Shown here: positions 1 to 14,186 of the stretch, piece by piece
Layout of the letters: each line of letters starts with the position of its first letter
Numbering within the stretch: position 1 is the stretch's first letter
Source: Schmidtea nova
Taxonomy: Eukaryota
Assembly (NCBI GenBank): GCA_044892505.1
Contig: CM097883.1
Location: 262,818,001 to 262,882,000, forward strand
Direction of reading: 5' to 3'
Length of the DNA: 64,000 nt
Notes under the pieces: model-generated
What the model was told of the DNA's origin: nothing
The model's input: only the letters and a program-made list of their open reading frames with translations
The model's database searches: none
Translations under genes and position numbers: made by a program

Positions 1-1989
1 GATATATTCAAAATTATATCAGTTTCACCATTAATTGAGAATAATATTTTCAATTTCTTTTTCTTCAAGTGGCAATTGATCAATAAATTTTTGTTTAGCT
101 TTACAGTATGGTAGTTATATAGATAAATTCATAAAAAAATGGAAACGTACAATTGTCTCAGTGAAAAATATTAATAAAAAGATTGATATCGTTCACATAA
201 TTGGGATGAATTAAAATTATCATTTCTACTAATTTCTATGAAAAATATATTAGAATAGTTCAACGCTAACTAAACTGAATCGAATGAAAATAGAGACCTA
301 AATAACACGGCTTAGGTATGAAATGATTATTCATATGAAATCTATTTGTTATTGACTGTGCCAAATAGAGCTAGATTGAATTATAATCTGAACGCGTTTC
401 TTGCAAATATTATATACAATACTAACTTGACAAGCTCAATTCAGTTTACAAGTAATATGATGACGACAGACTACTTACTAACTGGATTGTGTTTTGTTCA
501 CATAGTCTTTTTAAATTGAAAATTTAACAAACAACAATGTCAATATGACAAAATTTTGGTATTAAAAATATTGCTAATTATTAATAGCATTGTTACCTGA
601 TTTCGTTTGGGATTTTATTTCATATGTACACACAGTAATTTCATATACACTTATATTTTCAAAAGAAAAAGCAAAACAAATTAATTATTTATTGTGTAAT
701 TATTTCAACACTTGTCCGCACACATCATTTTGGGTTTCAGTGCTTCCATATCGGCGATGACATTCGATTCACAGACAAATCCATTTCTAGCAATGATGAT
801 GGTGACTTCATTGACTATCGGTGCATTCAAGACACGTGCATGCATTGTACTGGTTAGAAAAAAGAATATGACGTCTAATGGAATAAATATTTCAAAGTTC
901 TCTAACTAGTGGTTATAATAATATTGCAAGCTGCAATAACTATCAATGTGGCAAATCTACATGAAATCAACCACTCATATATTACGGGACCTGATCGATT
1001 AGTATGATTTAATTACTTTTCCATAGAAATTTTGTCCTTTATAAAATCAATTTAATTTAATACTATAATCATAATTAATCTGTTACTACTCAAAGACCTA
1101 TATTTCATGATAATTGATGAAATAAACAATTTTTAATTATTTAATTTGCATTATTTGATAGATATTTTTCAATAGACAGCTGTTTTAGTCCCTCAACCTC
1201 CAAAATATTTTTATTTAATCTCAATTCAATTAATTAACTTTTAATTAATGTACATAAATCTAGTAAAATTATTGGTCAATAAAAAATTAATCATCTAAAA
1301 TTCGATGATGCTATCATTTAAAATAATAAATATTGATAGAAAGTGTTAATTAACTTTAAACAAATTTCACAATTGATGAAAGTTTTAATCTTTTCGTTTC
1401 TATGACAACATGTAAACTACTAACTTTTAAAAACAAAACTGATACAATTAATTAAAAATTTTAAATTAATTCATAATAAAAATAAATGATCGATCTCTGT
1501 AAAAGAGGAATGGAAATGGAATCCCTGCGTACGTTCAAATATAACTCATTTTCGTTTTGCTAATATAGATTTTTATTTCAGATATCTCAAATTTTTGGCG
1601 AAAAAAATCGGTTGCAAGGTATGGTTAAGAAAATACGATAAGTATTTGACATCTAGGTCAAAGATTGGCAAATGAATTTCAGCTTTTTTACTCTAATTTG
1701 TCAACGGATTGGAATTTTTAGATTTTCTTTAACGTTTTAAAAAAGATTTTAATTAGATCTTTATTTTAATACCGAATATCAATAGGTTATTGATAAAGTA
1801 AAAGAAAATAGTACATTACTGTTTTTAATATGAATATGAATACAAATTTTTACGATTAATACTTCATTGAAAAAAATTTTATTCTTGAAGTTTTCAAAAT
1901 TTTTAGAAATTAAAAAACATGAAATTTACTTTTTTTGTTTTAAAAATTATTGTTTGATTTTAATATAATGGATTCGTCAGTTTTTTACA

Positions 1990-2247
1990 TACAAAGAGCT
2001 TCTTCTTTTGTATGTAAGAAATCTGGTATCAAGAAAATGAGTATTTTTATATGTGCAGGTTGCGAAGTTGGATTGTGTGTACCAAAACTATTTCTAAGTG
2101 TTTTATACCAAAACTTACATCAAATTAATAAAATATAATCAAAAGTTAAAACTTTTCGAACTTTTATTGTTCTTAAAATAAAACCCGCCCGAAAAGATTA
2201 CGAAATCATTGACAATATTTTAAATGTGTAACAGTTGAAAGTTTAAC
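1990..2247 (+). mobile_element. piggyBac-like relic (C-terminal Cys-rich domain and right end)
   Basis: Translation FVCKKSGIKKMSIFICAGCEVGLCVPK resembles the CxxC..CxxC..C cysteine-rich domain of piggyBac transposases. It is followed by ...AACAGTTGAAAGT|TTAA, a piggyBac-like terminus. No left end was identified. Confidence 0.55.
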
Positions 2248-2358
2248 TTAACATTTCAAAAGGTTTAGAATGAATAATGTTTTCTATTTTAATTTTCTTA
2301 TAATTAAATTTTATTTTGCATTTTTGAAGAATATTAATAAAATATATGATAAATATAC

Positions 2359-5236
2359 CTGATATAACTGATTGATTATTTCCAGATTTTGACATTCGCT
2401 CAAGATTCTTTTGGTTAATTATTGAACCCAGTCTACTGGTTCCGACAGGGTTTAATTGACTTCCTTCTTTATGCGTATTTACTGATGTGTGAAGATGTTT
2501 TTTCTCTAAATCGTCTAGTTTACGCGATACCATGATTGTCTCAATATACCTAAGGAAATTAATCAAATTTCCATAGAATTTATTCCTGTATACCTGCCTA
2601 CAGTAGGTATTCCCAAAAGTGAAAGTGCTATTCTTAAACAAACCCAAGCCTGTTTATTTTCTTCTTCCATTCTTCGACGATAACCTGGTGTTGATCGTTT
2701 CCATCTTCTCCAGTAAATAATTCCATTTGCTATTCCAGGAACTTTAAAAAAATGCATTTAATTTATATATTAATTTGTTAAAAAATTTTTCTAGTTTGGC
2801 TGGAAACCGCAAATCAGTTCTATAAAAGAATAATTTGACTTATAATAAATATAGAATTTCATTTATCTTTATTTCTTTTAGACTTTAGATAAATAATTTG
2901 TTTTCTATTTTACACGAATTTTCGAGTCGGCTTTTTTACAAACACTTGACAAAAAAGACTGCAGAAAATTCACGTTAATTAGATACCAAAACATTGATTT
3001 ATAGTCCAAAATAAATTAAAATAAATGACATCATAAATGAAAGCAAATTAAAGGTAAAGAAGATAAAAGATTTTAATAATATACTATATATATATATTTT
3101 ATTAAACATATTAACGAGTTATAAGTTATACGTATATCACTAGCACATTTATAATTTATTTGAAGTTAATTTCTTTGGTTTCGGAAAGTAAATACGTACT
3201 ATTTAATAATTAACAGCATAAATTTTGTCAAAAACTAATATTACTGAGTTTGACTTCATAGACGTCTAAAATGAACTTATAAGTGGTGCAACCGAATTAG
3301 TTCTAATGGAATGCAATAAAAAGAACTCAATGGGAAAATATTGGATAATGAGATTTCTCATTCATAATTAATAATTCTAAATAAATCATAAAAATATAGG
3401 AATTAACACATTCGATACGGATGACGCCAATTACCATCATCTTGGTTTTACTCGGGTATTTCATTCTATTTTTTAACACTTTGTTGATCTTAAGGAAAAA
3501 AAAATGTCTTCAGTTTGTCAGAATATCCAAAACATAATTCTACATTTTTTTCATTTCAAATTTTAGTAGTAATATAAGAAGTGACTTTGTGTGTTTAATT
3601 CGGTATTCTTTGATCTCTTAAATTTTATTATGTCTCTTTATATCATTTTTAGATCCTGTATAATTAATTATCTCTTATTTTCACCTCTGAACTCTTCGTT
3701 TATATTTAAGAAATTTTCATATTTTTTTTTAAAACCACAGATCAAATTTTTTTAATTTTTACGAATTTTCAACAGCCTTTTTTAAGTGTGTAGGAAATAC
3801 ACATTTGAAAAAGGCTGTTGAAAATTCGTTTAGCTTTACAAAGTTTTGGATCTATAGTCTTTAACACTAATCGTAACACTTATTTTTAAAACAAAGGTAA
3901 ATACATTTATTATTATTTTACAAAAAAGTCATCACAGAGGATGAGGAAAGAACCTTTCTGTGTGATCACATATGTGAAATTCAACAAAGTTTTCTTAATG
4001 TTATCTATTCCTACATAATCTAAACAAATAAAAAAATCATAAACTTTTATTAAAAAATTATTAAAATATTCTCGTTAAAAGCTCAAATGTGACTCCAGGT
4101 CACATCTTGGTATGATATTGGTTAAATAAAAATATGAAAACTTTTATAATTAGATTTATTATTAAAGATATTAATATATTAGAAGAATTTTTGTTTGTTT
4201 TAGGAACCTCAAGATGTGTGTGTTGCATTTATATTCATTTTTATTGCGTTGAAGCAGTTCGTCAAATAGCGTAAAAATAAAATTTTAAAATAAAGTTAAA
4301 AAGTTTGCCTTAATTTTCCAAAACACTTGGCTAGCCGGAGAGAATGTGTTAAATAAAGTGTAATAAATTACATGATATTATTTATCATTCAATTATATAA
4401 TATATATAATAGATCTATTTTAAATTAAAATCTTTACTCGTGTTCACTTTACTCTTGGTCTTTTTTTTTCAATTTCAGATCTTTTCATTTTTAAGACTAT
4501 TCATCAATATTGTTATTGATTCAAGAATTTTCGTCATTGCCTTTTCAAGTATGAAATAATACGGGAGTGCAGACACATTCATTGTTTCTTCTAGAACTAA
4601 CATAAATTTCGAAAAAGTCGTTTGTTTATTCAGAACATCGACATTTATAACCTTTGTTTAAAACGAATTTAAAAAGTAAAACAGATATTATTACAGAAAT
4701 GCCAAAATTTTTTACAATTATATTTGAAATTATAGATATACAAAACTTGCAAAAAAACCATTTCCGATTACAAATCACGTATAAATATCATTATAATAAG
4801 CTTCGTCAAATAAAATTGCAGAACATTAAAACAATTAATATAGAATTAAACAATTATTTAATTTAAATAATATAATTACATATTAATGAAAAAGAATTAA
4901 CCAATACCCAATATAAGCTTGATCATATATATTATTCAGTTTATTTTGTTTAATTACATTCTTAATTGTTAAAGTTTAAAACAAGTTAAATATATTTTGA
5001 TAAACTGACAAATATTTACCAATATAATTCCCAACAATCAGAAATGCCCCCGACACACCCACCTCCATGGGAGTCCACTCCTGAATACTTGTGAAAAAGA
5101 AACAAACAGCAATCCAACTGGTAATTATTTGAAAACAATTCAAAACAATCATACATATTTTCAATGGGATGCTTCGGTCTGAAACCAAATCTTCAACAAC
5201 AGTTGCAACACTGCTTTGAGACACTGCTGATGCCAT
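2359..5236 (-). CDS. Multi-exon multi-pass membrane protein, XK-related/CED-8 scramblase-like (5' part only)
   Basis: Exons 5236-5020, 2741-2594 and 2549-2359 join in frame through GT-AG introns (one is 44 nt). The product reads MASAVSQSS...IVLNCFQIITSWIAVCFFF...GAFLIVGNYIVPGIANGIIYWRRWKR...LRIALSLLGIPTVGRYIETIM. Three hydrophobic segments and the 'LxLLGxxxxxRY' pattern resemble XK-family N-termini. Downstream exons were not identified. Confidence 0.5.
3640..3860. repeat. Degenerate palindromic foldback MITE copy
   Basis: Hairpin CGAATTTTCAACAGCCTTTTTT...GAAAAAGGCTGTTGAAAATTCG with AGATCAAA/GATCTATAGTC flanks like those of the younger copies. Confidence 0.6.
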
Positions 5237-6438
5237 GTAAATGAAATAACTACTATATAAAATTACAAACAGGACATTAATATTATGTACAGTATTCAAA
5301 TGACATTAGAGTTCTTAATTTACAATTTTATTCAGTATAACAAAGCTTTTTAGATAAATAAATATTTTCATTTAAATTGTAAATTAAATTTTATAAATGA
5401 TTAACTTTTACAAATTTAATTTTAAATTTAATTATAATTTAAATTAAATTTTAAGAGTCTGTGGAGTTTTGACGGATTTCTTATTATAAATGTATAATAA
5501 TTAATTTTTATTTCACATTTTAAAAACTTTGCAAAAATCTTAAACAGTTAGCAAGAATATTGTTTTCGTTCAGTTCTCCATACTTATGTGTTGTTCTGGC
5601 TAGAATAGACGGTGAAATTTTTAAAATATTATAATAAACAATGATCTTATGAATTCATAGCCACTTACTTTATGTTAGTGTCTTGTAGATGATTTATTAA
5701 TTTAACTATATATTTCTTTTAAAACACACTTTATTACTTACAAGCAACATTAAAACTAATTTATTTCTCTTGGAATTCATTGCTGTGCAAAATTGGAACT
5801 GCAACAAACGGTTGAACATGCCTGCAAAAGGTGAGCGACGTCTCCACCAATGTTAATTTCCAGACTATTCATTTTTGTTCAGGTACCACCGATAGAAGAT
5901 ATCAGCACTTTTATCTGTCTAAGTCACGTCTTATTGATATTTAGACTTCGATCCTCACTTTTATTTCAATTCAACCAAATAAACATGTTATATATTTTTA
6001 ATTAGAAATAAATAAATTAGAATTAAATAAGTAAATTAAATCTCTTTCCAAACGACTATATGCGTTTCTCTCAATTATCTGGCCAAGAGCTCATTAATAA
6101 CGGTCAATGTTCAATTTTATTCTTTAAATATACTAATATTAAAATGAAATAAACAATTCCTAAAAACATTATATGCACTCAATATTACCAACTCATCCTA
6201 TACGTTAATTCAAGAAACATTATGTGATATATATCCATTATATCGTAAATTTGCAAATAAGTAAGTCAAATTTTAGTGTACTTGCGCAAAGCTTGTTGTT
6301 TTTCTGTGATAAATAGACTGAATCTCTATTTTGGCATTGATCTTAATAATCCTGAAATGCATTCACTTTTTAACCCTTCTTAAAAACTATCATTTTTTCC
6401 AAAATAAGCAAAAATACATTAAAATATCGTAGTTAGAT

Positions 6439-6900
6439 TACCGTATATACTTGTGTATAAGTCGATTAGAGTATAAGTCGAATTGAAATTTTAAAGTCAC
6501 TTTTTGGTCCAAAATTTGAAACCCTTGTATAGGTCGATGTAAAAAAATTAGGTCAAAAAATATTGAAAAAATTTATTATACAAATATTGATAAAAACATT
6601 GACATAAAGTTATTGACTAAAAATATTTTTTTGCAAATAAAAGTTTTTGAATTGGTTAATCATCAAACAGTTCATTGTAGATTTCCTCTGAAACATCTCC
6701 AACATGGTCATCTGAGTGATCATTATCTTCAGAGTAAATTTCAATTATCTGCCAGAATGCTGTTAATTTTATAAAAGATTGCATATATATTGGTTAAAAT
6801 TAAAAGTAGGTTCAAACAATTGGTAATAAATACCACAGAAGATTCTGCAAAATGTAATTGGTGCTGCCAATGCTTGCACCGTTTTTTGTTTATACAAATA
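6439..6900 (-). mobile_element. Tc2/pogo-type DNA transposon relic (one TIR and an acidic C-terminal remnant)
   Basis: TACCGTATATACTTGTGTATAAGTCGA matches the Tc2-type TIR pattern. The minus strand encodes ...EIYSEDNDHSDDHVGDVSEEIYNELFDD*, like acidic pogo-family C-termini. The second TIR was not found. Confidence 0.5.
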
Positions 6901-7610
6901 GGGAAAGCAAGAGTTAGATTTTTCTGCTACCCTGTTGAATACAAGAAGCGAAACAGTTGATTCGTAATTATTTTAAGAAAAGTAATTTAGGATATTAAAT
7001 ATGCAAAACAACTAATTTCACTAACCGATTCACTAAGCAAATGAAATCAACTTATCCAATGGTTCAAAAAAGCAAATGATACACAATTCAAAAATTTTGG
7101 AATATCTTCTCTTCTGAATAAATCTTTCTTCTAATGACAACTGTTGCTTAAATTCAACGTTTCTATTTTCTAGGTTTTTCTTCTAAGTTTTGGTTCTGAA
7201 CAAATAAATTATCTTTGACCAAATCACTACTACTACTGAACTTATATAAGTTTTGTATACTGTTTTAGGCCGTACTAATGCTACGCACTTTTAAATTTCT
7301 GCTCAACTGTCCAAGACTACCTAATTTATATTGATATTCGTAACTTTAAAATATTTTTAGTAATTTATAATTTCTATTATTTCACTTAATTTATTATTTG
7401 TAATTTATAAATAATATGTTTAGTAATTAAATTTATTATTTGTTATTTATAGTAGTTTTTGAATACAAATTTTAGTCGATTGTGTTATTTTTAGTAAAAC
7501 ATTTATTTTTATTTATTACACATAATTTGGACATAAGGTCCATCCCTAATACTTTATTCATGTTTAATTTGTAATTGAAGGTAAATTCTTTTTAAAGTTA
7601 ATATCCTCAA

Positions 7611-8019
7611 CAGCGGCGGAACTACTGGACGCAGGACCCTGCGTTGCGGGGGGCCTACCAGCTATAGGGGGCCCTCATATAAAAAAAATATACTCTCAAT
7701 AAAATTATTTACGAAATACCATTGGTAAAGAATGTTTAAGCGACCTTGCAATACTTTCTATTGAGGCAAAAGCGGCTGGAAAAATGGAAATGAAAAACAT
7801 CATTACCGATTTTGCCAATATGAAATCAAGGAGGAAAGATTTCACTATTTAAGTTCGGTTAAGTTTTAGTTTCGTTTTTAAGTTATCTTTATCTTTATTT
7901 AATTTTTTGTTTTTAAATATGATATATGAAATAAATATCTATTTAATATGTGAAGCTTTATTTTTTTAAAAAAAAACATTCTTTTGCGGGGGGGCCCAAA
8001 TTTTGAAGTTCCGCCACTG
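7611..8019 (+). mobile_element. Non-autonomous hAT (Tip100-like) element, 409 bp
   Basis: TIRs CAGCGGCGGAACT / AGTTCCGCCACTG with a perfect 8-bp TSD ATCCTCAA (7603-7610, 8020-8027). The interior holds a remnant of the hAT dimerization domain: LRNTIGKECLSDLAILSIEAK...IITDFANMKSRRK. Confidence 0.9.
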
Positions 8020-8601
8020 ATCCTCAATCTTCATATACGGGTGAATTTGCACTAATTTATAACTTTCAATTTCTTTTTAACAAAAACTTGAACTTGTTTA
8101 TTTTTAATTAAATCTATAACTAATTCATTGGATGGTTAAATTATTTTTTTTTTCATTATTTATCAGTAAAATAAGGCTTAATTTATTAAAAAACTGACAA
8201 ATTTATTGTTAAAAAATATCAAAAATTAGAATTTAAGTTAAAATCAAAGAAAAATTTTTGCAAATGCATTAGATTGTATGAAGTTTGTCAGAATATGACT
8301 AAATAAGATTTTTAAACTAATATTTTTTATTCGTCATCTTTGATTTATTATTAGTAATTTTGGTTTTTGCTATTCTCTACAAATTGACACATTGTCGACA
8401 CTGTCTTTTCCAAGTGTTACTTCATTTATAACACTTTGAAAAGGTAGTCCAAAAACTTGTGTTCAAATTGCAAGCATTGACATATTATTTCGATAGTCTG
8501 CAAAATGCAAATTTACAATTAAGGTTTTAAACATTAAATATGAAATGCAGAAAAATATTTCAAATTTAAGCTGGACTGCAAAACGTTTTATTGACAATAA
8601 A

Positions 8602-10064
8602 TTATTTTTTGAATTTCAAAGAACGAGCATCGTAATCTGAAGGACAATACTTGAACAAGTTCAGCATTGTACAGCTCTTGCAGCAGCACTCTTCAACTAG
8701 GGATTTCTTATATGCATTACAGTTAATGCTTTCCGGAGAATAATATCTACCAATTCTCGCTATGGACACTAATTCTGGCTTAATCACGTATTTGTAAATC
8801 GCTAAAAATAAAACCATNNNNNNNNNNNNNNNNNNNNNNNNNNNNNNNNNNNNNNNNNNNNNNNNNNNNNNNNNNNNNNNNNNNNNNNNNNNNNNNNNNN
8901 NNNNNNNNNNNNNNNNNNNNNNNNNNNNNNNNNNNNNNNNNNNNNNNNNNNNNNNNNNNNNNNNNNNNNNNNNNNNNNNNNNNNNNNNNNNNNNNNNNNN
9001 NNNNNNNNNNNNNNNNNNNNNNNNNNNNNNNNNNNNNNNNNNNNNNNNNNNNNNNNNNNNNNNNNNNNNNNNNNNNNNNNNNNNNNNNNNNNNNNNNNNN
9101 NNNNNNNNNNNNNNNNNNNNNNNNNNNNNNNNNNNNNNNNNNNNNNNNNNNNNNNNNNNNNNNNNNNNNNNNNNNNNNNNNNNNNNNNNNNNNNNNNNNN
9201 NNNNNNNNNNNNNNNNNNNNNNNNNNNNNNNNNNNNNNNNNNNNNNNNNNNNNNNNNNNNNNNNNNNNNNNNNNNNNNNNNNNNNNNNNNNNNNNNNNNN
9301 NNNNNNNNNNNNNNNNNNNNNNNNNNNNNNNNNNNNNNNNNNNNNNNNNNNNNNNNNNNNNNNNTTTGATCTTTTTTTATTATTATTATCAATAATTCTC
9401 ATAATGACTATAGATCAAATTTTTTTTTATAAACAATAACACAATATTTCGGCACAGCCTTTATCAAGTGTGTATTTCTAGAAATATTTCAAGAAATATT
9501 TCAAGAAATACACACTTGATAAAGGCTGTGCCGAAATATTGTGTTATTGTTTATAAAAAAAAATTTGATCTATAGTNNNNNNNNNNNNNNNNNNNNNNNN
9601 NNNNNNNNNNNNNNNNNNNNNNNNNNNNNNNNNNNNNNNNNNNNNNNNNNNNNNNNNNNNNNNNNNNNNNNNNNNNNNNNNNNNNNNNNNNNNNNNNNNN
9701 NNNNNNNNNNNNNNNNNNNNNNNNNNNNNNNNNNNNNNNNNNNNNNNNNNNNNNNNNNNNNNNNNNNNNNNNNNNNNNNNNNNNNNNNNNNNNNNNNNNN
9801 NNNNNNNNNNNNNNNNNNNNNNNNNNNNNNNNNNNNNNNNNNTATGTTTGTTCGGTTTGCAAAAAAATGTCTAAGGTAATTAATGTTGCCATTATTACAA
9901 AGAGTAGTAATAGCCTTCAGAAGTCTATGTTGACAAAATCGAACTTCGAGATTTCTTTCCAAGTCAGCTTCAGATTGACTGTAGAGCTCGTATTTGAATA
10001 TTTCTCCGGAATATAACTGTACACACAAAACAAATAAATAAAAAACAAAATTTATTTTAAACAT
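8602..10064 (-). CDS. Insulin/relaxin-superfamily peptide precursor (at least 2 exons, intron partly in gaps)
   Basis: Exon 1 (10064 to the gap at 9843) gives a signal peptide MFKINFVFYLFVLCVQLYSG and B chain FCQHRLLKAITTLC (C-x11-C). Exon 2 (acceptor TTTTAG|8801, stop at 8602) gives dibasic KK then A chain SLVEECCCKSCTMLNLFKYC (CC-x3-C-x8-C). Confidence 0.9.
9365..9576. repeat. Palindromic foldback MITE, young copy, in the insulin intron
   Basis: About 70-bp perfect inverted arms ACTATAGATCAAA...GCACAGCCTTTATCAAGTGTGTATTTCT and their reverse complement, around a short spacer. Both sides run into N gaps. Confidence 0.85.
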
Positions 10065-10606
10065 TTTTTTCCAATCTGATAAGGTTGCATAAAAATATTC
10101 TTTTTATAAAGAAATAAATTACCTGTAACGGAAATACACAAGTATTTGAAATTCAATCTCTCGTGATTATTTTTCGGAGGTTTTATTTTGGAATTTTTTT
10201 TTAAAAATTATAATTATTATTTTTACACGAAATCTATATTTAATTGTATTTTTAATTGAATAACATTAAATAACGATCGATAATTGAATCACAACATAAT
10301 TTAATTCAAATTAATCTAAAACAATTTATAGAGAAAATATTAAATAGATTTATATTAATTATTATGAAAATAAATTTCAATTTTTTCAAAGTAGAAAAAT
10401 ACTGGATATGCCGTTCTAGTCAACTGATTACAAGCGGTTCTGCTGCGGGTCATTCAACGTGTGATAGGTTGCACCACAGATCATATTGATGCTACACCTG
10501 GTGTCATGCATTAAAAGTTTCTATAATATAAATTAAAAATAACCAATAGCTAATTAAAGCTTACGTAGGTGTTACATTTTGATATTTCGTGGTTTAAAAG
10601 TTTTAA

Positions 10607-12794
10607 TACACCGGTTTTCATCGTTTAAAAGTAACTATGATACAAGTAGGTGTGTACATCTACTTTTTACTCATAGTTACTTTGTTAATTTTTGTGTTAC
10701 ATTTTTATTTAGCCCTTTATTTTTCATTTAGCCATTTTTTTAAAATGGATTTCAGGTAATTTTATTTATCTAGATGTCTTTTAAGGCTTCTATTTTGATA
10801 TTACAATGATATAAGATCACTATAGAAGCTTTGAAAGTTTATCTATATTCTTCAATATTATTTTGATTTTATATTTATTAGCTTTTTTAGAAAAATATGA
10901 TTTTCAATAAAATTTTTTGGAAGTATTTTACATTAAACGTAAGTAAAAATAGTTTTTTTAACAATAGTTTATTAATGAAATTCCATTTTATTTGTTCTTC
11001 ACTTATTTTTATTTAATTTTCAAATTCTTTCTAGGAAATAATGAATTTTTAACATTTTTTTGGGAATTATTTTCATATAATGCAAGATAAAAAATCATTT
11101 TATATTAATAATTATTTCTATTTTGAAATAGTTTTTTGGATATTCCAAGAAATAATTTAATTAAGCTTAATTTTTTATTTCAAGAATTTCCAAATTTTAT
11201 TGTCCTGTATTATATGAGACTTCAAAATGATCCAAATTGCAGTGTAAATATATTTAATTGTCTATAATTTGAAAATAATTCGACGGAATTATTTTTTGGC
11301 TACTGAAAGTAGGAAAATTTTGCCAAATAACTTTTGGAAATATATGAATTTTTATATTATAATAAAACTTACGATGTTATTTATCCATTTCCTAGATAAC
11401 TCCCCTAGAAAATATTCCAAATATTTACCTAAATATCATATTTTAAAAATAAATAAATTTATTATAGGACTTTTAAACGCGTAAAAATGTGCCCTTAAAA
11501 GTTTGCATGCAATTTTCATTATGTGTTGTGTTTGTGTGTATATTTTATTTATTTCTTACAGATTGTCTACCACATACTAAAACTTTTTAACTACGTCAAA
11601 TCAACTGTTAACATCAACGTAAGTTATCCTTTTTTATTGGTTATTTATTTTTTATATTATAGATACTTTTATCGAACGAAAACAGGTGTATGTGATAGAC
11701 ATTCTTTGAGAAAAAATAAATTATACACACAAACACAACACACAAAGAAAATTGCATACAAACTTTTAAAGGTAAATTCGCGATTAAAAGTAGCATAAAA
11801 ATTTTTTTTTGGTAAAACATCATGACAAGTCAAAATTTTGAATGCTACTCAAATGAATCGACTGTTAGTTGTCGAGAAAGAGATAATACATCGTAATATT
11901 TTTTATAATTTATATTTAATTCAATGTTTCATAGGATTTCCGAAATTTCTACAGAAACTCTTACATTTCGTGAATGTGAAGAGATTATATAATAAGAACT
12001 TCGTAATTTATGATTAATTTAACATTTTTCATAGAATTTTCGATAATTCTGAAGTTCCTGAAACTTCATGTTGGCAATTAAATACAACAAAGAAAACCAG
12101 AAAATCGTAAATTATTATTGATTTATATTAAAAATATATTATTGTTAGGATTTCTGAAAAAGATAAAATTAGAATAATTAATGTCATGGAGAATGTCAGA
12201 GATTATTACCAATTTGGAAATTTATTTGGGATCCCAAAAAAATCAATAGAGACAATTATTTATACTTATAAAAAATTGGCCGATTGGCAAGCAAAAGATA
12301 GATTTTTCTTGATCAAAGAAGCCTTTGATAACGAGCTGGATAAGGACGACTACAAAAATTTAAAGAATTATTATGATCATATTCGCAGGTTCTTCCCCAA
12401 ATGTGGCAAGAAATTTGAAAATTTTGGACACTGATTGATTTTATTAATAAACTGTTGTTAAAAAATTATTTTTACTTTCGTTTAATGAAATATTTCCAAA
12501 AAACTTCATAATTTTCTAAAATGCTAATAAACATAAAATCAAATTAATAATGAAGAATAAAGATAAACTTTCAAAGCTTCTATAGTCATTTTATATCATT
12601 GTAGGATCAAAATAGAAACATTAAAAGAAATCTAGATAAATAAAATTACCTGATAGCCATTTTTAAAAAATGGCTAAATGAAAAATAAATGGAAATGTAA
12701 ATGAATTAAAAATAAACAAAGTAACTATGAGTAACAAGTAGGTGTGCACACCTACTTGTATCATAGTTACTTTTAATTTTTGAGACCAGGTGTA
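10607..12794 (+). mobile_element. Long-TIR Tc1/mariner-like non-autonomous element, copy 1
   Basis: Ends are TACACCGG... and ...CCAGGTGTA (TA-flanked). About 250-300 bp of imperfect inverted repeat (10607-10870 vs 12530-12794). Extensive similarity to 17916-20111. Confidence 0.8.
11822..12434 (+). pseudogene. Spliced Tc1-type HTH gene inside TIR element copy 1 (exon 2 disrupted)
   Basis: Exons 11822-11892, 11935-12002, 12035-12106 and 12149-12434 are separated by 32-42 nt GT-AG introns. The last exon reads ISEKDKIRIINVMENVRDYYQFGNLFGIPKKSIETIIYTYKK (paired-like HTH). Exon 2 contains TAA and is not a multiple of 3. Confidence 0.65.
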
Positions 12795-13439
12795 GAAAGA
12801 CTCAAATTTTTGTTTTAAAAATACCATGGGTTTGAAGTGCAATCAATTCTATTTTAAAAAAAAATTGGGAAAATTGTAATTTTTATTAAGTTTATTAATT
12901 TATATAGATAGGATTTGACTTTGCACGTGCCTTTGATCAAAATATTTTACAACCCAACAAATAACAATGTTTATTTCTTTGTAGCAAAATTAAATACACA
13001 ACTGACACTAACACGTTCCAAAATCAATAATATTAAATTAACAATATTTAAAGTGGTTGATGCCTTGGGAAAGTAACAACTATTTTTAATACAATTTTCA
13101 AATTCGTTCGATTTTTACGATTTATACTTTACTCTTATGTCATAAAATGATTTCTAATCCCTCTATGATTGTTGTTCCTTCTTTTATACCGTTTGGTATG
13201 GAACCCAATTACTGATTAAATCACAATAAATAGACTGGATCTCCGCAACGATAGTTGTTTTAATGCCGATTCATTAGAGTTGTTTCATTTTGCATTTGTT
13301 TATCTAAATTAGACTCTCATTTTTTCCCAAAAGCAGTTTTCATAATCTATAAAAATCTAAATATTCACTATCAAATTTCAATCTGACAAGTTGCTACTAG
13401 GTCGGCTAAATTCGGTAATTATTGTTTTACTAATGGGAT

Positions 13440-13960
13440 TGTTGGGTTATATTTAGTAAGTCGGTTATTCTATGACTCCTTGTGTTTATTCTTTATAAAT
13501 TAATAACCAAAACCCAACACAGGACAATTTATTTATCTTCTCAAAACAATAAGTCACAATTTTTACAAGATTTACACTCTTCGTCGGTAAAAAATTTAAA
13601 TTTCCTTTTATATTGTTTTTCTGATGTCTTTATGCTGTCCTCTTGTTGTTCAACAGCTCCGCTTTTTTTTGTCAAAACATAATAATCGCTCTTTGACAAT
13701 TATTCCCGTAGTTCCGGAGCGATTTGCCAGGCCTGCCTTTGGGATTGTTTCCTATTAATGATATTAATCATTTATTTACTACCCGGGCTTTTTATTCTGC
13801 TTGGCTTCCTTCACATCCCATGTTTCCCAGTGGCTCGGGTTTCCCAATAATTAACTTATTTTGTCTTTATTACCTTCCTCAGGGACCCATCACTAATTTT
13901 TTATTTTATATTTAGGTTCGTTTCTCGATTCCTCGTTCACCCATACATATTTCCTCCGGA
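13440..13960 (-). repeat. Solo-LTR-like repeat (TGTTGGG...CCCAACA family), partial
   Basis: The minus strand ends ...GTGTTGGG...AACACAAGGAGTCA...TAACCCAACA, matching the copies at 29371-30292 and 33145-33973. Confidence 0.55.
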
Positions 13961-14015
13961 AAAAATGTTATTTTTTGATTTTTCTAATATTTTAATTAAT
14001 TTTTATACTTTAAAT

Positions 14016-14186
14016 CAAGGGTCTCAGACACGCGGCCCGAAATGAAGCGAAACTTTTAGTTTTTCTTTCTTTACTACTAGATTTATGTATTTTAATCATT
14101 GTATAAAGATTTTAAGAAGTGCGGCCCCTGGGGTTATGCTTTTAGTCACACACGACCTGGGTTAGACTTTGAGTTTGAGACCCCTG
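14016..14186. mobile_element. hAT-Charlie-type MITE, 171 bp
   Basis: TIRs CAAGGGTCTCAGAC / GTTTGAGACCCCTG with a perfect 8-bp TSD CTTTAAAT. Confidence 0.9.

Noticed and set aside
700-910. Possible exon (open frames on both strands)
   Set aside because: Strand, frame and homology could not be decided from the sequence alone.
4976-5299. SLC5 sodium:solute symporter exon (SAVSQSSVATVVEDL)
   Set aside because: The resemblance is short. The exon splices in frame to the 2741 exon, giving a better XK-like N-terminus.
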